A DNA stretch of 64,000 nt, taken from NCBI GenBank assembly GCA_051362555.1, contig CM120640.1, positions 9,672,001 to 9,736,000 of the forward strand, in the 5' to 3' direction. The stretch is from Lingula anatina (Eukaryota; Animalia; Brachiopoda). Positions 36,620 through 50,898 of the stretch are shown here, one piece after another. The notes under the pieces are model-generated. The model was not told the DNA's origin. It worked only from the letters and a program-made list of their open reading frames with translations, and searched no databases. The position numbers and the translations under genes are program-made. Each line of letters begins with the position of its first letter. Positions within the stretch are counted from its first letter, which is position 1.

Positions 36620-38680
36620 CCATATTCTCCGTATTCTCTTTCACTGCAGCCGTATGTCCCTCACTTATTTGGTGGTCCTTTATTGTTGTCCTCTTGAAAT
36701 TTGTGCATCCCAGCACCAAAGACTCCTTTGAATATTTCCTGGGCATTCCCGTCTGGCAACTTAACAGTACCAGTGTTCTCCACAACTTGAAATTATAAGG
36801 TGGGGGAAGAGCAGTTATAGTGAGGGTCTCCGGAAGCGAGGGCCAAAGGAACTCGCCATGCTAGGGGGGTCCGGGGGCATGCTCCCCCAGGAAAATTTTG
36901 AAAAATTGGTGCAAATACCTGCATTCTGGGCAATTTTAGAAGTCTAAAAGGTCATTTTTATGGTAAGAGAATTCATCATTTCTTTAATGATAACTATGAT
37001 CATTTTGTAGATGTTCCTGTGTCAAGTTTTACTTTATATAAACAAAAGTCATGGCTCTGAATTAAAATTCACTTTTATTTTTGAATAAATCTCTGAAACA
37101 TACGGCATTTCACATTGTTTTTATGTGAGAACTGTGAGACACCTGATGCATGGTGGACTGTTTATGTCTCTTAATAGTGTCTTCTCTGTACGTCTGGCAC
37201 CCAACTTTGGTCCAGATGTCAGTGCCTTTCTTGGACCTTTGACCATGGCTTGAACACCAGGCACAAAACATACCTGAAACAATGCATTTCTATGGTTAAA
37301 CAATGGTATTTGATGTTTATGTAGCATTACATAATAATTTAACGTCGCAACGATCTTCCGTCGGACATATATACGATAGCATCGACGTTGCTGCCTTTGC
37401 CCTGCTCTAAATGACTGTGAATGAACTTTTATTGATATTTAAATTAACAAATGGGTTCAAAGTCTCGTAAAGCTTCTCACATTTTAAAAATAATCTAATC
37501 ATTCCGGATTAAAAACGTATGAATACATCATCTCATTGGGATTGCTCACGTTCAAGTGGATTGCGGGAAGGGCAGGTCTAATATTCAAGACTGTCAATCT
37601 ACTTCCTTATACAAGCATAAAGGCGGGGTAAACGGAGCACGTGACAAAACCAGCCTATCCCAATGCAAGACTACTTTTCACAAACGTCATTCATGAAGAG
37701 CACATGGTCGAAACTGGCTAAAACTGCCTATGTGATTGGTAAATGTACAATGTATCTTTTCGATATATTAGCGACCACGTTTTCTTGTAATACGAAAGAA
37801 ATACATATGTATTAAAGCAACATCCCTGACATTAAAGTGATTGGTTTGGTTTTATTTTCCAGTTGCATATAGATTCCAGTAAGTAATGAGGTAACAAACG
37901 CAAGATATGGTGAAATTTATAAAATTTTATAACGTTAATGATGAATAATGTAGTCAACTTACCTTCATCGGGTTCATGTCAAAGCCATGTATACTTCTTC
38001 AACCACGTAGCGTAAAACTCCGTCCTATGTTTGGATTTTTTAGGTGCTGGTTCGCTGGTCGTTTCGTCATTTACCTGTACGGATGTATCCACTAATTTGT
38101 TTGATGAATGTGACTCTCCGTGGGTTTTAAAAAAAGACGTCAACGTGCTCTGCTTTGACGCCATTGCTTAGAGATCTTACGTGTTTCTATATTTAATTTT
38201 TTTTTTTGCAATAAAATTCTGTAATAGTCGGTAGATAAGGCGGGGTAAATGGAGCACTTTGACAAAATCAGTCTATCGCTATGACTACTTTTCACAAACG
38301 TCATCCATGAAGAGCACATGGTCCAAATTGGCTACAACTGCGTACGTGAGCGGCAAATGTACTATGTATCTTTTCGATATGTTAGTGTCAAAGTGATGCA
38401 AAAACGACAGTCAAGCCAATCAAGTTCAAGTTTAATATCTCACTTTTCTACAAGAAAATAATCTGAAGGTCTGCTCATTGCTCAAAATAATGGTGGCGGG
38501 CCGTTTACATAAGGTGGCACAAAACTCAATAAGGTGGCACAGCGCCACCTGAAAACAGGTCGTAGAGAACACTGAGTACTAAGGGTTCCTTAGGTCGACC
38601 TGCAGGCCTGACAAAACATGGCCTTGCAATCATAAATAGCCCACAGAACGTCTTTTTCACAAGCTGTTTGAAAGGATATT
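36620..38680 (-). pseudogene. Older hAT TTF-type zinc finger remnant split by the hAT5-like insertion
   Basis: FQTACEKDVLWAIYDCKAMFCQACRS (38672-38595) continues past the TSD into ...GCTNFKRTTIKDHQISEGH (below 36770). Confidence 0.65.
36771..38574 (-). mobile_element. Internally deleted hAT5-like DNA transposon retaining a two-exon TTF zinc finger
   Basis: TIR CAGTGTTCTC / GAGAACACTG; 5-bp TSD AGTAC. Exons MASKQSTLTSFF...WLKKYTWL*HEPDEG and MFCAWCSSH...WTKVGCQTYREDTIKRHKQSTMH. Confidence 0.8.
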
Positions 38681-39749
38681 TCTATTTAATTACTTTATTA
38701 TTATTTATTTATTTTTTATTTTATTTTATTTATTAATTTATTATTGTTATTATTTTTTTTTTTTGAAAAGTTGTCTTTAATAATGAAAAATGCTTTGCCC
38801 TGATATTTATACTTCGTTTTTTCTACATGTTCTGTCAAGATGTATTGAAGATGATCAGTAGTTTGGCTTTGCTGTAGTGTATCATCAGTTTTGACCACCC
38901 ATGCAAGTTTTTAAAAAATATGGATGTTTCATAGAGCTGTCAGGATACTGAATCTAACTGAGGGTGTATATCTGAGTATCATCTGCAAAAATTTGAAGCC
39001 AATTTTGTGGATGTGTAATTTTTCTAATTGATATAGTGTAGGTGCAGAATTTCAAATATAAATTTTAAAGATGCACTAGCAAATGAAAAACAACTACTAC
39101 TTATGTGGAAGTGCAGTTATTTAATTATGCATTTGAACCCTTGGCTTAGATATCAAGGAGGAAAGTGTTTGTGTCAGAACTGTTTTGATAAGAATGACAC
39201 TAAAATGAAAGATCATCTCTTTTATTATTTAACTTGCCTTTTTTATTTAAAGCTACTGCTTTAGCTTTATACATCATAGTGCAAAGACATTGTATATTTT
39301 CATTAGTGTTTTACAAGAAACAGCCATTTATCCTTTAATTTTGTCTACCAAGATAAAAGCTGAGGTTACTGCCATTTAAATATAATGGCATCAATTTTAC
39401 ACGCAATTTACTTACACTTTTTGAAATTAAAAGAGCGTGAAATAAATACAACTGTACTAGTCTTACAATTTGTACATAATGTCTATTTTTTTTTTAAATA
39501 AAATTTGACACCCAACTATCTTGTTGTGATTACTCTTAAAATAAAGGACCACATGTTTATAACTGCATTGTTATTAAATTGTGCAATATTTCTCAGTAAA
39601 TAAAGACATACGTTCCCCAGTGGGTCAACTGAGAAATTATCTTCTGGTTTACACAACTTATGTTATCTGCTGCCTAGGCAAAAAATTCCTCACAGACTGC
39701 AAGACTAGGAAATATTTATTCTCCTGTCTAATGGATTTTGATTCCATGC

Positions 39750-42700
39750 TCACCAACATTGAAAACCAAGAAAAAATAGAAGCAGCCCTAAGATGCAATA
39801 ATATCCAGCAGCCACAGATGAGGATCCGGCAGTGGTAGTTGGATAATCATCCACAACATGTATTTTCCATCCCAGGAACCTGTGAGTGTAGCACTAAAAC
39901 GAAATGTATTCATTCCACATATTGATATTTTGACTGTCATGAGAAAAGTCAATTTAGATAATGCAGAAGAACAAAACATTTCTTTTAAACAGTTGTGTAA
40001 GGGAGTTGATGGGTATTTGTGAGGTATTGGACTTAAAATTCTAGAAATTTATATGAGCATGATACAAAATCTTAAAGCAAATTTTGATGCTTATGACATA
40101 CCAAGTGTATCCGATGTATTCAATTTTGATGAACTGTAAAACTTTATTGAACAAGCTCCTGTTTGTGTATTAAAATCCTATAAGAGACTTCAGAATCTAC
40201 CTGGTAATACACAGTATCTGGGGTGTTTTTATCTGGAGTCCAATGGAATACACCCACTGTGCCATTTACTGAACATCTCAGTCTAAGACCTTTGAAAAAT
40301 TCGTCAAATGTTGCTGCATCGATGTTGGTGTTAGAAGTGACTTCCCATTCACACAGTCTTCCAACTGGAATTGACATGAATATCAAAAGTTTCAACTGTA
40401 GTCTTTTTTATTATGTGTACAGACATATCTGTTTCCTGTTGTCTGCATGATTGTTGCCATGCACTTTTAACTGTGTTTGCAATTCTTCTTAGATTTATTA
40501 AAAATTATTTTAAATGTTTAGTGCATCAAATTTTAAAAGACCATCCTTACCTTGGTAATCCACAGGATGTTGGGATTCATTTCTGCCTGGGAATATTTTA
40601 ACAGCCTGAAATATGAAGTTTTTTATATAACCTTACTTGGTACGTTTACCTGTTCAGGTGAAAGAACTTTGCAGTCAATAAGAAGAAAATATAGTTATTC
40701 TCGTAGAGATTTAATTTGTAGTGTAAATAATTGAAACTGGAATTATTCTTAGTATCCTGTGGCATGGAAGAGTACATCAATGTTTCTTAATGTATTCATT
40801 ACTTCACATATTAAAAAATAAATAAAAACCATAAATTACTAAAAAAACATGACACAAATTATGTGCCATGCAAATTTTTCATTTATTATATTATTTCATA
40901 TTTTTGTCATTAATATATTTTCATATATACTTATTTGTTTTTGCTATAAAATAAGAATTATTGCTTTAATGTGTATACCTCTCTCTGTGCAGGTGTGGTA
41001 TATTGGCTATAGCCTCCAGATGAATCATCTGTGATATAAAATGGATGGTACTTGGCCTGGTTTGCATCAGAGTCACCAGACTCCACCAGGAATGTATAAT
41101 TCTCCCCTCTTTTAAGTGTCAATTCTGGGATGATGCTGTCATTTATGTACAAGGCAATGCCCCATGAAGTACGTCCTAAAAGTAAGAAGACAATGCTGAT
41201 ATTTTACATTGACAACAATTTACTCATATTAATGAAATTCGTTCCATCATGAATAAAAGTTGATAGTCATTAGGTCTTTATGAAGTACCAGTACCATGTA
41301 GCTTCTCCAAAAATAACTTTTTATTAAACCAATGTTTCAAAATGTTTAGTATTATTTGAAACCTTTGCAACCGAACACTAATGAAAGGAGACCATAAATT
41401 GCCTTCAACCATTTGATGCAATATTTGGCCAACTTAGTGCTGTACTGCGACTACAAGCAATTAAACATTGAGATGTCAGTCATATGTATTTTATATTACT
41501 ACTGACACAACCATTTGGCAAGTGCACAGTGCATACTAAATATGTTTTATACCACAGCCGTTATCAAAATCAAAAGACTGGTGTTGTGTGTTGATATATA
41601 TCTATTGTATTTGGCGGTCATTTGGAAATTTTCATGTTTCCCATGCAGGGACTCTTTTGGACTAAAAGCATTATGATGTTTTGCAAACTTCAAGGAAATG
41701 CATGGTGAAAAATTTAATTCTGCAGTTGCAATTTTGTACAATTTAATCCCCAAAATAAAATGGGCTATCTAATTTGGACTGTATATATATATATATATAT
41801 ATTATACTAAAGTGTCCCTCACCTGTAATTGCTTTGTACCCTCTGTCAGAACCAGCTGGACCAATTCTCACAGTGAAAACTTTCCCATCAGCACCACTCA
41901 ATTTCTTGACAGTCCATGGGGCTTTTCCTTCATTAGAGCCTTTATTTGTAAGTGTTGGGCAGTTATATCTGGTATTTCTTCCAAACTGCAATCTCTGACT
42001 CCCTATATAACAGTTTTGATACATAAAGATCAGCATATTCTGTCAATTGCATTACCTATTAGTATTTAAAATACCCAGTTATAATATAATTTTATAAATT
42101 TGACAAATACAATTTATTATATGCATCATGTTTGCAGACCATTTTAATAGATGCATAAGTATGGAGAAGAATATCTCTTCAAGAGCCAGCTCACAAAGAT
42201 TTAGTTTGTCAAAATTTTTTTTACATTTTATGGGACCCAAATACCTGTTTCAGATTTACTGAAAATAAAATAATTGTAATTGTGTTAAAATGTTTGCTTC
42301 TTTTTAGCACTGTAAAATTGTCGGAATTTATTATCTGAGATAAGAGAAATCCATCTAACCTTTTCAAATTTCTCATTTAAAATGGTATTAACTTTAAGGT
42401 ATATTTGTACCTGTAGTCCGAACAGTATGGTAAGCTGCCCGTTTATCAGGATTGATGGGACCAATGGCCCAGGCAAGGTACATCTCTCTATCAAGACGGA
42501 TCGGTTTATCAGTTGCTTCACCTGAATTAGTAGATATTGAAATGCCTTATAATAGTATGAATATTAAAATTCTAATTAAAAAAATGTTTATTGTCCATAA
42601 CTTATCACAAATAATTTTATTCAAATCTTTATCAATCTTATAAATCTTTGTCCAAGAGTGACAGAAATGGAAATAATTTTGTTTCAAAATCCGCTTTCCT

Positions 42701-45700
42701 AAATCTATACATAGCTTTTATCTGATTCAATGAAAAATTAATATTAATATACCAGTATTCAATGGTCTTGTAAATCTGATGCGAGTAATGCCATTCATTT
42801 GGTCTCCACTGACATCATTAACACTCTCTGTCCCTGGGGTGGAGTTTTCAATGTCTGGACACACTCCAACACCATTGGAACACTAAAAACATCAATGTAC
42901 ATTAATGTATATATAGTAATGGACAGTGCATTGACGCATATTGAGTAAACATTAACACAATTCAGTCAAAATCTATATACCCTGATGTTAAGTGGGCCTC
43001 CTAAGATAATTATGATGGAATGGAGCATGGACAAAATCCAAGTATTAAACTGATGGGAAAACTGCCAACCTGGCTCTTGGCTGACATGTAGTAATCCACG
43101 GCTCTGGGTCCAGTCTGGCTGTCGTACCATGCCACAGTCACATCAGCACCAATCATCTGAGTCCCTGTGTCAGAGCCGCTCAGACCAAATGCCATGTAAT
43201 CCTCGTCAGCTGAAATTAACTATGTTTTACAAAATAGGCAACACATAATTTTGGAGTTGCAATATTGACAGATACCGTATGCTGTGTTTAGGTGAGGCAG
43301 ATGAAACAGTATGCTTTTCATATAAAAAACAGTACTTGATTTTTTTGTGAATATGTGAAAATAATACATACCAATGATGCCAGTGAGTTCCAGCGTGATA
43401 TGTGAGACATTTACAGCCCAGGCAACATGAAACTTCTCAGTGAGAGGTTCACAGTTCATACTTGACATACCCTGAATACATGAATATATACATTCAAAGA
43501 TTCTGACAATGATAATAGAATAAAAGATCACAAACATTTATATAAGTGTATACTCGCCTATGTATATCAAAATTATAATTTTACTTTTAAACTAACAGAC
43601 AAGGTATCAGTTTTTACATGCCCAGTTTTTGCTACTAGTTAACATATAAAGTGAGCATTGAGTCACCTAGCTATTTGGCATGCTGTGAAAACACCAGCCA
43701 ATCTCCATTCTATATGTCCATAGTGCATTCAATTTCAAGCATCTTCTTTTCAAATCTCACATAGTTATATTTTATTGAAAAGAGAGTATTATAGAGAGGG
43801 CAGTAAAATAATTATCAATTACAGAGTGTCCCTCAAATGCTTACCTGGTCTGCTATGTATGGGGGTACATTAAGATTGGCTGGAATCAGAACATGGCCAA
43901 AGTTGGCATTAAAGTCTATGCACCACATACTGAGCCAGTTGATATCGAACACTGTGAGATCACCAGGGAGACGAATTTGTATGGTTTCACCAGTATATCT
44001 CTTCAGTCTAGTTAAACTGGAAATTCAAGTTTAATTTAATGAATAATTTCCTGAATTTGTTTCCATGTACCTTATAATTAATAACTGATGGATTTTGAAG
44101 ATTACACTGAAAATGTTAAATTAAGATGGACACCACTTTGACTTGAAATTTCAGTCTGCGGGAAATTATTTTTGTTTACCTGCCATCTTCATCTGGGACT
44201 TTCAATCCAGTGGAATCTGGCCTGGGACCAGTCCCAACCCAGAAAAATGCAGCTGAAAAAAACAGTAACAATGATATTTATAGCAGTCAACTAAAAAGCT
44301 GTGCATTCAAACAAAAAAAATGTATTAGCTACTGAAATTTCATTATCAGTCTCTCCTTTTCCTCAGGTGGTGCATTGCTGAGCTGACACATGTCTGATCA
44401 CCGCAACTGACTGGTAACTGTTATTAGGGGCCTGCTTCACAAAGGAAAGTGTTAGGCATGTTTTTCTAAAACAGGTATTTTTTTTTTTTTCATTGAACTG
44501 CTGATTTCTTTTAAAAATAAGATAAACTTTGGTTTAAAAGTTCATATGAATTTTTGAGCTTAAGTTCTTTATTTGGAAGGATTCCATTAAATCTGCCTAT
44601 TTTCTTTGCTGACTGAAAACTCATTACAAAACTTACCACAGAAATTTATGAAGGCCAACTCAACATGTACAAATACCTTTGTTAATGTTCTTTACAAAAG
44701 TAACAGAAATTAAAAACTTTTTCATCCATCCAACCTTGTGTAACCACACCTCACAGGTTGAGATGTCAAAAATCACTTCCTGTATATCTCATAAATACCA
44801 CCTTTGTATGTATAATTAGTTATTAGTTGAAACTATGTAAATGCACTATTTTTTCATATATATATATTAACTAACCTGGGCCCAGGCCATCATAGTGCAA
44901 TGCAGGAATCAAAAAAGTCTTGGCATCGAGAACAGTGATATCACCTGACCGCAAACCATGCTGAAAGCGTGAAAATTCCCCAATATTCGTGGGCCTTGGG
45001 GGAACAAAGTTTGCTGGGAAAACCACATGACCAAAATCAGCCTATAATGGAAAACCAGTTTTGTTTTAAACATAAATCTTAAGAATTATACCATTTGGTT
45101 GTAATACAAGGTAACATATACAGGTATACAGGAGTATGTATTTCAATAACTTTAATTTATTAATTAAATTCATAAACTCTTTCAAACATGTAGTCACAGT
45201 TTGTCCTTCAAGTAATGTTAAGTACAATTTGTTTGCTTTGGGAATACCTAAAAGTTAGACATAAAGCTTCAGTTTTCATGTTAACACCTGGGGCTTAACA
45301 GCATAATTCATAAGAATGTATCCATTTATGATTCATTAGGTCAACCCTTTGACCTTAATCTTCTGATATATATATATATATAATAAGTAAGTAAAACTTA
45401 ACAGAGTCTTCTTTACTTACAGCAAATTGAACACACCACACTGACAACCACTTGATTTGCTGCAAGGTGTAGCCACTGGGCAGAGTTAGTATGATGTCTG
45501 CATTGTTATACGCAGAGAGAATTCCAGGACTGAAAAGTTAAATAAATGCATTCTTGTTTTACTTGATCTAGGAATTTTCTAAGTATATATGTATATACTT
45601 GAAGTGCTTTTATGAGAGGCTACATGAGTGCATACACACAGCAATAAATACTAGTACACTGAAAGAGGTAACTGACAGGGACACATGTAATTATAAACAC

Positions 45701-48519
45701 TGATCAAAATTTTCCTAAAATGCACCAGTTCAGTTTGAAAGGGTTTATTGGAGGGAATTCTCTGAGTGCTTCATGAAACAAGTTTTGATCACCTTTTTGG
45801 TGATTTTCCTTAATACTAAACATTTTATGCAAACTTTTTTCCTAGTTGCACTAATGAAAAATCAAATATTATCCCTTGCCATTATAAGAAGCCTCCTTTG
45901 GAAACTAAACGTTAAAAAAATTTTTTTTTTCTTTGTAATAATGACAGTTAAGCTCTTTATACAAGTGCATTTCTTAATTTTAGTGAGACAAAAATTTCAC
46001 CAAGCATACCTTTGAAAAAATACCTCTTAATAAGTATTAACTGACAGAAATCAACAAAACGGAAAATTTAAGAATTATTACCAGTAAAATTCTTCATCAT
46101 ATTGATCATTATGCATGCCCAAAGACGAATAATTCTAGTAACAGACAGCTAGTATTAAATGGTAGCAGCCGGTGACTGCCTCCTGTGTCACCAAATTACT
46201 GCTGAATTACCTGCAGGGACATATCCAACAACCACTTAATTTTCTACTCATTTCTTTTCCCAGCATATTTCAATCTTAAGATTAGAATCTTCAGATCAGC
46301 ATTTTTTGTAGCATGCTATTTTCTTTAATGGCTTAAATGGGAATTTTGGTCACTGAGACGATTTTTGTAAAAAAGTGAAGAACAGTATATTTGCAGTTTT
46401 TCATAAAGCATTGATAGGTATGTGAATCAGTTTTTTGGGACTTAAATGAAAACTTGGTCACCTAGACTGTTTTTGTACACACAGTGAATAGATGGTGTTC
46501 TGACAAATCTACAGTTAAAGTGTTAGTTGGTATGCACTAGCAGATAATGGTTGGTGACACCTGGTAAAAAATAATTGGTATTTCTGTGGCAAAGTCCCAG
46601 AGGTATGTCAGCTACAAGCTCATTTATGATGACAATTAAGAAAGCAGGAACTCCAACTCCGAAGCAACTTTGGTAGTTAAAATATGTTGAAAACAAACCT
46701 ATGACTGGGGAAAAACAAACATACTTGTACCATATAGATAGATAACAGAGAATTGCCTATATCTTTGTCCTCAAAAAACATGAAAAAGCCTACCCCAAGG
46801 TGGCACCTGCAGTTTTTTTATTGGAAAAATAAATTTATAGTAAAACTGTAGAGATACATGCAAGTTTCTAAAAAAAGGATCTGACTTGATCCTGACATTT
46901 TGTCTAGAAAAATTGATGACATATTGCTCTGAAAAACGAATAGAGCAAGACTGTTTTTAGTATATGTAGCTCTATATTTACCTTCCTTTTTCATCTGGAA
47001 TTTTTATTCCTTGAGAATCGGGTGTAGCACTGGGGTTTGTGTGCAGGCCAATATAAAAATATGCATCTAGAAATAAAGACAAATATCGCATTGTTTTTGT
47101 GTAAATTGAAAGTGAAGGAACGGGAGAATTATATGAAAGACGTTAAATCTTCCGTGCCGATCAGTGAAACTACCTGCAATAGTGTCAATGCCATATTCTA
47201 GTGTACAAGTGTTATCTATGTACAAAGAATTCTTTATATAAACTGCTCTTCCATAACGTGACTAGTCTCATCAATGCGAATCCATACTGGTGTAAACCAT
47301 CTATAAATAAAATGGCATTCCATACACTCCAAACTTGTTTTTGAACATTCTTGAAAACTGGACCCTACATTTGAGAAACATGCTAGAAGGAAAATATGAC
47401 CATGTCTCCAGCATGCAATGTTTGGTATTCACTTAGCTGAAATATCGTAATGTTTGTAAGTGGCGTCAAATTTAATCAATATCGTTGGGTTCTACTCACT
47501 AAATTCAAAAGGGTATAGTCATCAGCTTATTTGATAAAAAAAGGCTCAAGTTTTTAGCTAATAATATACTACTTCAATAATTCTAACCAACCTGGTCCTT
47601 TGCCGTCATAGTTGAATCCAGTTATCCTTAATCGTTTTTCATCCACCGCGTACACCGTTCCCCTAACTTGATGAGCAAGCTCACTTAATGAGCCGATCAA
47701 TTTACCTTGGTATGAAGTTGCAAGTGCAACTGAAATAAAAATGAAGACAAATAACTACGTGTTAAATGACATCTCTTTGTTACATCTAAAAAGCAATTTA
47801 ATTAATATCATAAATATCATATGTCCAAGCTCTGAAGTACAATTTCACGACCCGTTTCACCTCTATAGGCTACTTTGAGTATAACGTTTGCAATATGACT
47901 AATGGCTTTATGAAGATGTGGTTCCATGGTCCCATGGCTGATTTATAACTAACCACGTTTATTAGTTACATATTTGTCACAATATTTTTTTTTATAATTA
48001 TAATTTAGGTTTATTTATTTCTCCGTAATATATGTTATACATTGAATGTACAAGTATACATATCATAAATCATCAAACTCATGCCTGATTATTCATTATG
48101 TATCGTTTTTCATTCTAACTCTTTCTCATCTCCCTGGCGCTCAGGGTTAAGTGACACAATTATCAGTGCTACCTTCCCTACTTCAATCTCTATGTGCTGA
48201 GTGCTTAGCGAGGAGATAGCAGGTACCAGTTTCATAATGGCCTTTGGTATGACCCGGCCGGGATTGAACCCACGACCTCCGTCACCAAAGGCGAGCACTC
48301 TACCATTTGAGCCATTCGGTCCACCATTTGAGCCATTTGGTTCTGGTTTAACTGAGAATCTTTCTATTTTCTTGTGAAACACCAGTCGGCTCTCATTTTC
48401 CTTATCCCCCCCCACCCCCTCTGTCACATTTAAACGCTTGACAGGTGATATTCAAACATCCATACAGTTTATTACTTACCTGTAGAAAGAAATACCGCAG
48501 CAGCTAGTTGCGCGTACAT
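39750..48519 (-). CDS. Skeletor/Knickkopf-like protein A: signal peptide, DM13-DM13-DOMON, C-terminal domain, GPI-type tail; 16 coding exons
   Basis: YQGKLIG...HQVRGTVYAVD...FNYDGKGPDAYFY; WLSVWC..FAADFGHV; YMAFGLSG...MIGADVTVAW; SWGIALYIND.IIPELTLKRG; YHPFYITD; WTPDKNTPDTVYYQCYTHRFLGWKIHVVD; ends AGSSSVAAGYYCILGLLLFFLGFQCW*. Confidence 0.88.
48130..48335 (-). mobile_element. tRNA-derived SINE (Meta-domain-like) in intron 1 of paralog A
   Basis: A box TGGCTCAAATGG (duplicated), B box GGTTCAATCCC, then GGTCATACCAAAG...CTAAGCACTCAGCA core. Confidence 0.75.
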
Positions 48520-48599
48520 TTTGGTGTCGAGTTAGTTTACCCTGTCTTAAATTTGACAGACCTCAGCAGAATCTGAAAGTCGTTCTACAGTTATAATAT

Positions 48600-48620
48600 T
48601 ACATTTATATATGACTCACT
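48600..48620 (-). promoter_or_regulatory. Candidate AP-1 site plus TATA box of paralog A
   Basis: Minus strand reads TGAGTCATATATAAAT about 85-100 bp upstream of the ATG. Confidence 0.35.
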
Positions 48621-49501
48621 GTGTACAGGTACTGTACACAACTTCCTTGTGAATACAATAAATACAATCATTGTAGTCGTGACTTGGCTTGTGCTATAAA
48701 TAATCTTACCTGTGATTGGTTTAGGCCAACTGAATGGGCGGTCACTTAAATTACGGCAAAATACTATATTTCTTTCTGAGAGGCAATCATTACTCAGCTA
48801 TTTTTACATTACTCAGTCATTCTTACAATACATTGTACTAAAATTGTATGGGTGAATTGTGAAAATGTAGGCCCTACTCTATGCAATACAAATTTGGATA
48901 TCCCGAAAATAAGCTATTTTCTTACTATTCGGAAACGCCTTAATTTCTCATTGCGTTTTTTCTCAGGTGCCTCGCCAGGTAAAATGCAATGTCACTCTAG
49001 CATCATGTTATGCCCTTTCGCAGTCTTTTTATGGCAACTTTCTAAATTATAATCATATCAATTTTGCTGACTTATTAAAACAGTAATTGTCAATTTGCTA
49101 TATCAGTAGACGAATATGCCTATAATGGAGCATTTAAATCAGAATGATATAACGAAAAATTCAATTCAATTGACTGTCCAGGGAAAATGGAAATATGTTA
49201 TAATAGTACTGAAGATGTTAGGCGTTGTCCTGTGTATACATTCATTCAGTGCCCGGGGTTGTGTAGGCGCACCTTTTGGAAAATATGAATGAAAAATGAT
49301 TATGATAGAGATGGAAACTGGAGAATTTCACATGTGGCGGTACAAATGAAAATTTTAAGGGCTCGAAAACGGGCTTTGGGTTTACATTTGCGATAAAGGT
49401 ATTATTGCAGTTTTTTAGGAGATGAGAAAAGCACGCCAATCCCCCATTAAATAAAATATGAGAAAATCTCCAAATACATGTGCCTTGTGGTACTCATGCA
49501 G

Positions 49502-49757
49502 GGGCCAGTTTCACAAAAATATTTTACTCGAATATTGATTTCACCCTTACATCCCAAAATTCAGTCTACTCAAGTTCAAGCAAATTTATAGTATTGGTCT
49601 GAAACAGCAACCATGATTTATTTATTTTTATACAAACGCATTTTATATCCTCTTATTGGACTACCATTGATTTATCTTGGATCAATGTAGATTAAAAATT
49701 TTTCTCTAAGATTTAGATCAATTTTGGGACTATAGCTATTATGTGAAACTGGTCCCA
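49502..49757. mobile_element. Short MITE
   Basis: GGGCCAGTTTCACA...TGTGAAACTGGTCCC inverted ends. Confidence 0.55.
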
Positions 49758-49979
49758 TGTATAAAATGCACGTGTCTTTTTATTCACATAGACGTATAAC
49801 TGCAAGTAATTGCGAAAATAATGATGATGATGTTTAAGTTAAAAAATTGCGGTATTGTCAGATTTTTAGCATAAACAGGGAAATTGCAGCAGCGCATGAA
49901 TCTTGATGAGATGCACTACTTTCCAACCCCGCTTAGGATCATCGCTATCACATGGCGCACCAGGCAAAATCGGTGTGGT

Positions 49980-50090
49980 GGCTGATACTTTGTAATGCGA
50001 TCTGAAACACCTTGAAAACAGGTAGTGTGGACTGATATACCGGTTTATTCTGGATCTGTAGGTGCCGAGTCTGGTAGTTGGGTAGGCCTG
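49980..50090. mobile_element. Single TIR remnant of the 50899-51449 MITE family
   Basis: ...GGTGCCGAGTCTGGTAGTTGGGTAGGCCTG, identical to the MITE end. Confidence 0.75.
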
Positions 50091-50898
50091 AGTGCAATAC
50101 GATTGCAAAATATTTTAGATAAATTGTTATATTGATTTTTTTCCAGTATCACGACTAAGCATTTTAATCATATTTTGTTTAAGTGTAAAAATGTCCTTAT
50201 TGGACGTGGCTGATGTGTAACAGATAGATTGAGACTTCCGTTTATAAGTAAACAATTTTTGAGATGTCAAAGTATTCAGCCCGGCATTTTTATCCTTCCT
50301 TCTTTTGAACATGTTCTGGGAAACTGACACCATTTTTTAAATTAATTTATGATTTCAAACAGCTGAGAAACGGCATATTTCCACATTCAGTAACTGAACC
50401 GTCGATTTGATCCTCATGAGATGTCACTAAATATAAACAAGTAACAGTTTTATGATTTGTGATTATGTCTTTATCACTCACAATTAATAATAATAATAAG
50501 ACAAGTGCATTTCATTTGTACGGACTCCTCCACTGCTGACAGTGATAACGTTAACGTAAACAAAGACATGTACACCGCAGCAAACACAAAATATTTTAAA
50601 CATGTACAATCGATATCAATTTTGGCGTTCTTGGCAGTTCCAGTAAGGTGTTTACTCCTTTTTGTAGTCTCGTCTTTTATCCTAAGTTTGACCAAGGCAA
50701 GTTTGACTCGAGTTCAGGTGTGGCCAAAATGCTGGGAGCAGCAGCTGTTGCCAACATGCGATTCATTGGATACCTCAGTTGTAATTTACTGAGTGCTGGG
50801 TACGCTGTCTGTAGTCAGTTTTAAAATAAATGTACTTATATGCGGTACCTGCAGTTGAGTGTTTGGAACCTTGGTTACTATTGACTGAGATCTTTTAA

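Noticed and set aside
38594-38607. GTCGACCTGCAGGC resembling a pUC polylinker
   Set aside because: Only 14 bp, and it reads as part of the MFCQACRS zinc-finger frame on the minus strand.
48240-48335. Possible tRNA gene
   Set aside because: A and B boxes are present but there is no closed acceptor stem, and it runs into a SINE core.
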